Below the pieces are notes generated by a model. That model had not been told where the DNA came from. It saw nothing but the letters and a program-made list of their open reading frames with translations, and did not search any database. A DNA stretch of 64,000 nt from IMG/VR virus record IMGVR_UViG_3300035181_002344. The stretch is one strand, 5' to 3'. Below, in pieces: positions 59,490 through 64,000 of the stretch. Origin of the DNA: a virus. The translations under genes were made by a program, and so were the position numbers. Every line of letters begins with the position of its first letter. Position 1 is the stretch's first letter.

Positions 59490-60182
59490 TTAAGCTCCTA
59501 TTTCTGCATTTTCTTCATCTTCTAAGACCTCGAAATCTAATTCTGGATCGTTATCATTTGCATCATTTATAATTTCTTCTTTTATTTCTGGTTGTTTTTC
59601 TGCAAAAATGTCGCCAGCAAATTCTTTCTCCATTTCTTCATTGCGTTCAACTTTAACGATTGGTTCGTTTTCGATCGCAACTGTGTCAGCTTTCTTGCTT
59701 GTAATAACTTTGATTGTTTTGCCATTGACATCAAGATTATTTGTTATTGTTTTATTTTTCGCAGAATGATGTATTTGCATTGTTTGAACTAATAGTTTGA
59801 AAGAGGTGAGATTGCGACATTCTGTAACATTGAAAATATTATCATAGATCACCTGTGCGGTAACATCGCCGCCTATATTGTAAATAATAATTCCGCCCAA
59901 ATAGCTTACAGCGATTGTTTTTGATATAGCATCAAAAGAAATAATCATATTATCGTCATTGATATGGATTGGATCAATTTCTGTAACCATACCAATATAT
60001 TTAGTTTGCGATGTACTGACTACGAGTTTTATGAATTCTTGGTATTTCTGTTCATCTGTATATTCCTTTTGCTTTTTGATGAACGTTCTGATGGTTTTGA
60101 GCAGATAATCCATGTAATGCATGGGCTCAAATTCTATGAAAGCCACCATGCCATTACTGATTAGATAAATATTGCGTTTCAT
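59490..60182 (-). CDS. Hypothetical protein with acidic tail
   Basis: 230-aa ORF. Confidence 0.55.
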   Translation of the reverse strand: MKRNIYLISNGMVAFIEFEPMHYMDYLLKTIRTFIKKQKEYTDEQKYQEFIKLVVSTSQTKYIGMVTEIDPIHINDDNMIISFDAISKTIAVSYLGGIIIYNIGGDVTAQVIYDNIFNVTECRNLTSFKLLVQTMQIHHSAKNKTITNNLDVNGKTIKVITSKKADTVAIENEPIVKVERNEEMEKEFAGDIFAEKQPEIKEEIINDANDNDPELDFEVLEDEENAEIGA

Positions 60183-60238
60183 TTTATTACCTTAGCTTTG
60201 TTGTTAATTTGTTTATTTTCGCCGAAAACAATTCATGG

Positions 60239-60844
60239 TTATAATTCTTTGAGTAATAAGCTTTGGAATTTCTTTTTCTTAAAGAATAACTCAAGTAGCT
60301 GAATGACATCCCAGGCATCAGCTAATGCTTCATGCTTAACTGTATTGCCAAGATTTGCCCTTTGCTTGCAAATTTCGGTTCCTGGAAGGCTGTCATCTTT
60401 TTCAGGATCAAAGTATAATATTGCCGGGTCTAATGCCCGATGGCGTACATTGATCTTCTTTTCAAAGTTTGGCAGCCTTTTAAGGAACTGTAAATCGAAG
60501 GAGAGGACGTTTTTACCAGCTAATGTTATCCATAATTGATCATCATCTTTGACGTCTTGATATTTGCGAAGAAATGTTTCTAATCTATCAACAGCTTCTT
60601 CTGGGGAGCAAAATAAATCGGACTTATTCTTATCTGCCATCATACTAATAATTCTGTTGTTTAAATTCAATGCATATGGTTCGCCGACAATAGGAAAATG
60701 GCGAATATATGTATGGAACTTCGGAGATTCTTCATAACTCTTAGGATTAGTCGTATCATAAATGATAGCACCAATTTCTAAGACTTGACAATATTCAGGG
60801 TTTAATCCTGTTGTTTCTATATCTAAGCTTACTATGATAGCCAT
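60239..60844 (-). CDS. DEDDh 3'-5' exonuclease
   Basis: LDIETTGL, N..FD..FL, H.AL.D. Confidence 0.9.
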   Translation of the reverse strand: MAIIVSLDIETTGLNPEYCQVLEIGAIIYDTTNPKSYEESPKFHTYIRHFPIVGEPYALNLNNRIISMMADKNKSDLFCSPEEAVDRLETFLRKYQDVKDDDQLWITLAGKNVLSFDLQFLKRLPNFEKKINVRHRALDPAILYFDPEKDDSLPGTEICKQRANLGNTVKHEALADAWDVIQLLELFFKKKKFQSLLLKEL

Positions 60845-60853
60845 ATTTTATTC

Positions 60854-61330
60854 CTAAAAAGGGGCAATATCGCAAATGATAAATCGCCCATCGTTTAAAA
60901 TTTCATTGATTACGGGATAAACTTCTCCCCAAAACAATCCTCCATTTCCGCATCCAACATGAGGAAGATAAACTCTCTCTAAGCCTATTTTATCAGCCAA
61001 TATTCTTAGGTTATAAGCGCTTTGCTTTATTAAATGTATATCTGATTTCTGTTGTGGATTGTGTTTTGTTGGAAAGGATACTAAATTAAATTCTTTGACA
61101 TAAAATGGAAAGTTTCCATGTTCTCTAACCATGCTCCCAAGTCTTAATGGAAGAGATGGATATCTCTCCTTAGCTTCAAGAGCTAATCCGCGTCCCATAA
61201 TTAACTCACCATTAACAGTTACACCATTTGTTGGAATTGCTATTGTTTGATCTCTTGAATGCAGTATCCATATATCGCCGATTAAATGTTTCATTTTAAC
61301 TCCAATAGATAACCATAGCTTAAAATACAT
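60854..61330 (-). CDS. Macro domain (ADP-ribose binding/hydrolase) protein
   Basis: GDI...PTN...MGRGLA...FPTK...LP.VGCGNGGL.W. Confidence 0.85.
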   Translation of the reverse strand: MYFKLWLSIGVKMKHLIGDIWILHSRDQTIAIPTNGVTVNGELIMGRGLALEAKERYPSLPLRLGSMVREHGNFPFYVKEFNLVSFPTKHNPQQKSDIHLIKQSAYNLRILADKIGLERVYLPHVGCGNGGLFWGEVYPVINEILNDGRFIICDIAPF

Positions 61331-61731
61331 TAATAATTCATTGGTTCCGGAGGTATGATTTTGACTTCATTGTTGACTATATTACGGTTGTAGCGTATTG
61401 GTATTGGTTTATCCAATAATTTATCCCCGATTTTTATTATTGAGGCACATTCTCTAGAATATGCGAATGGTTCTTTTTCATCTAATTCAAGAATATCATT
61501 GGTAAAATTTATTTCCTGCTCTAAAAATATCGATGTATTGCGTTTATTTAAGCCATATTCTTGACCGCGCATTAATTGTCTGCGTAAATGTATTTGTGCA
61601 CGTAGAACGTCCAGTGTTACAGAAATAGCCTTTTTTAGTGTATTAAATGCTGTCTTTCTTTTGCATTTGTCACTAACTGATAAAAGCATCATTCTTTTAG
61701 CTAAAGACCAATGAGATGATATAACTGACAT
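61330..61731 (-). CDS. Hypothetical protein
   Basis: GGAG RBS. Confidence 0.5.
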   Translation of the reverse strand: MSVISSHWSLAKRMMLLSVSDKCKRKTAFNTLKKAISVTLDVLRAQIHLRRQLMRGQEYGLNKRNTSIFLEQEINFTNDILELDEKEPFAYSRECASIIKIGDKLLDKPIPIRYNRNIVNNEVKIIPPEPMNY

Positions 61732-61744
61732 GTTTTCTCCAATT

Positions 61745-62284
61745 TTATAAACTTCTGCGTATTAAATCGCGGATAGCAAATCTTCCTTTTGGGGTGAGTT
61801 CTCTACTTCCTATACCTGCAAAATTATCTTCTGTAATAAATAAATTGTTAAGCGGATTCCAAATATTTTCATCGTATAAATATTTATACCATATATCATC
61901 GTTCTGATCATAAACGTAAACTGGGCATTTTTTTAATAATATCGCCATACTAACTGCCCATCCAGTTCCGCCTTTAACAAGTCCTTCTTCATCAATTGTA
62001 GATACTGCATATATAGCATCAGAATTTGTTACTTGAAACCAATTACGAGATATTAGTTGTCTAACATACAATGATGATGGTGTATTCCGCTTTAGATACT
62101 TTCTTACTTTCTCTAAAGCATTGTATCCCTCTTGCAACTGTTCTTGGCTGATAATAACACGATTAGTGCTTGCTGTATTGTGACCAACGAAAGAATATGC
62201 TTTAACTTTCCAGCCCATTCTAATCGATTCTTTTTCAAAGACTGTATCAGCACCAGTTGCACCACCAGAATGACATATTTTCAT
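61745..62284 (-). CDS. SLOG/DprA-like nucleotide-binding protein
   Basis: HSGGATGAD, RN..QV..SD, GGTGWAV..A, AGIGSR. Confidence 0.75.
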   Translation of the reverse strand: MKICHSGGATGADTVFEKESIRMGWKVKAYSFVGHNTASTNRVIISQEQLQEGYNALEKVRKYLKRNTPSSLYVRQLISRNWFQVTNSDAIYAVSTIDEEGLVKGGTGWAVSMAILLKKCPVYVYDQNDDIWYKYLYDENIWNPLNNLFITEDNFAGIGSRELTPKGRFAIRDLIRRSL

Positions 62285-62296
62285 AGTTATCTCCAT

Positions 62297-62323
62297 AAAA
62301 AAAAGAGAGACCGAAGTCTCTCT
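62297..62323 (-). terminator. Intrinsic terminator with C(UUCG)G loop
   Basis: AGAGAGAC-TTCG-GTCTCTCT-T7 on the minus strand. Confidence 0.88.
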
Positions 62324-63044
62324 AGTTATTTACATTTAATATTTGACCGAGCCTAATGTTGTCATTCGCATTATACTCGGTTGGTATTTGCTTTGTTCGT
62401 TTCGTTCGTATTATTTCTTTGGCTATTCTTTTCATCCATAAATCCGAGGTAACCAGTTCCATTTTGTTTAGATATGTATTAGAATATGCTCCATAATATC
62501 TTCGTATAACGTTATCTAAAATGGTGTACTCTGATTGAGTATATTTGCTCATTTCGTCATTAATTAAATAACGCAGAATATATCCAGAAGCTTTAATTGA
62601 CACATCGGGCAAATACAGATCCATTTCAGTTTCGGCTATTTTATGAGCTTTTAGACTATCGCCCCAAAAAACCCACATAACGCCGCCTAAACCAACTGCA
62701 TTAGTGGTTATAGATTTTCCTTTAGCAACAACGTTTACTGTAGGATGCGTAATCATAAATCTATAATCTGATTCTACGCGGAAGATTGCATGCATTAGAC
62801 CAACAGGCAATTTATATTCTTTTGAAGTTTGCTCTATTGCTTCTAATATAATTTTTCTAACATGCGCAGAATAACCATATGTTAGTAAATCGTCATTAAC
62901 TAATCTTAGCTCATAGGAAGTATCATCTGTATTTGTATTTGCTAATGTATTAGTTGATGGTCGTGTTTTTAAAAATACCACAAGTGATATTAAAATCACA
63001 GCTATTACAAAACCAAAAATATATATTTTGTTGATTTTGTTCAT
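62322..63044 (-). CDS. Membrane-anchored lytic transglycosylase-like (SLT) protein (likely start 63044)
   Basis: N-terminal TM; AI..VES.Y, AVGLG.V, YY motifs; AGGAGG RBS. Confidence 0.7.
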   Translation of the reverse strand: MNKINKIYIFGFVIAVILISLVVFLKTRPSTNTLANTNTDDTSYELRLVNDDLLTYGYSAHVRKIILEAIEQTSKEYKLPVGLMHAIFRVESDYRFMITHPTVNVVAKGKSITTNAVGLGGVMWVFWGDSLKAHKIAETEMDLYLPDVSIKASGYILRYLINDEMSKYTQSEYTILDNVIRRYYGAYSNTYLNKMELVTSDLWMKRIAKEIIRTKRTKQIPTEYNANDNIRLGQILNVNN

Positions 63045-63057
63045 TAAGCCTCCTATT

Positions 63058-63270
63058 TTATTTTTTACCATAATCGGTAGCGTGAAATCCACTGCCTTTA
63101 AACTTATGTCCAACATGGCCGTTCCACACTCTTTTCATAGGTTGTGAACAAGCTGGACATTTAAACGAGTCTTTTAACTGCTCGTATTCATTACTGCCAA
63201 GTAATTCGGTGATTGTTTTGTTATAATTTAGGCAATCTGGATTCTTGCATATAAAATCATATAAGGGCAT
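63058..63270 (-). CDS. FmdB-family Zn-ribbon protein
   Basis: MPLYDF.C...C...CPAC...FKGSGFHATDY. Confidence 0.88.
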   Translation of the reverse strand: MPLYDFICKNPDCLNYNKTITELLGSNEYEQLKDSFKCPACSQPMKRVWNGHVGHKFKGSGFHATDYGKK

Positions 63271-63288
63271 AGTTCCTCCTTTTCTTGT

Positions 63289-64000
63289 TTATTTTTGGTT
63301 TAATAAGTATTGATTACTAATAACTTTGAATGAAACTCTGCCTTCATGAGGATCAATAGTTTCTTCTTTGCATTTTATTACAATGCCTTCTCTATATTGA
63401 GAGCTTTGAATAGCTGATTTACCATCTGCAAATTGCAGGATTGCTTCTAATTTATCTGCGTTTTGGGCAATGTCATTAATGGATTTGTCTTCTGAAATAA
63501 TAGGCGCTGTTGGAATTGCTAATCGTTTGGCTATATTGACAAATTCGTTCCACTCGATATATCGTTGCTTATCAATATCATAAATATCAAATAGTCTTAG
63601 CTCTGGTGATATGCGTTGATAAACATTTTTCTGAATGCCAGGGCCAATAATTTCCCCTTGTATAGCTAAGTTTCTATTGAGATCGCGTAATTTATTCTCA
63701 ATATCATATTTCTTAGCTATTTGCCAATATAAGCTATTTGATTCTTTTAATTCTAAATTACGAGAACATACACCAAATTCATTATTATTAATATAGTAAG
63801 TGCTTGATGTTCCGTCTAATTTTTCAGTAATGACAACTATATTAGATGCATATTTATCAAGAAAGTTCGGGATATTTTGAATACGCGGCTGATCTGTTTT
63901 TGGAATAAAAGAAGGGAAGCCACCTTTTGCTTCTCCGTTAATCTTTGTTTCTTCTTCATATAAAGTTATTCCAAGTATATCCGTTACATCAACTCCAGGC
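63289..64000 (-). CDS. RNA ligase (Rnl2/DRB0094-like), 5'-truncated; absent from the ORF track
   Basis: Manual translation: TEKLDGTS, VCSRN, QGEIIGPGIQ.N, EGIVIK, SFKVISNQYLL; stop at 63289-63291. Confidence 0.88.
   Translation of the reverse strand, partial: PGVDVTDILGITLYEEETKINGEAKGGFPSFIPKTDQPRIQNIPNFLDKYASNIVVITEKLDGTSSTYYINNNEFGVCSRNLELKESNSLYWQIAKKYDIENKLRDLNRNLAIQGEIIGPGIQKNVYQRISPELRLFDIYDIDKQRYIEWNEFVNIAKRLAIPTAPIISEDKSINDIAQNADKLEAILQFADGKSAIQSSQYREGIVIKCKEETIDPHEGRVSFKVISNQYLLNQK

Noticed and set aside
47-62356. Numerous short ORFs antisense or out of frame within long genes (e.g. 3030..3308, 35091..35588, 57453..57719)
   Set aside because: Shadow ORFs with no RBS or recognisable motifs, overlapping well-supported genes
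1-64000. Stop-codon reassignment
   Set aside because: TAA, TAG and TGA all end genes at sensible, tightly packed boundaries and coding density is high under the standard code

Overview
AT-rich 64 kb segment of a large (jumbo-like) tailed dsDNA phage read with the standard genetic code. 1-23.25 kb (+ strand) is a virion/lysis block: chained tail-fibre proteins, one with 20 CBM-like modules and collagen runs, a fibre chaperone, baseplate-like proteins and membrane proteins. From 23.35 kb to the end (- strand, except an inserted hsp20) is a replication/early block: dNMP kinase, Cas4-like nucleases, RusA, primase-helicase, split DnaE, RecA, class II RNR, SSBs, a single-chain two-barrel RNA polymerase, DEDDh, macro, SLOG, SLT and RNA ligase. 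The most notable locus is a tight operon at 48.4-53.5 kb with a complete ubiquitin-like conjugation set (Ubl, E2, JAB, E1), followed directly by a minimal retron-type reverse transcriptase with a YGDN active site, a Zn ribbon and a Whirly-like ssDNA-binding protein. Nearby non-coding gaps hold several unexplained structured elements: a twice-repeated covarying hairpin motif (40.5 and 41.1 kb), a ~350-nt multi-hairpin RNA (42.7-43.0 kb) and a group I intron-like core (46.4-46.6 kb). All family calls come from motif recognition by eye; no database searches were run.
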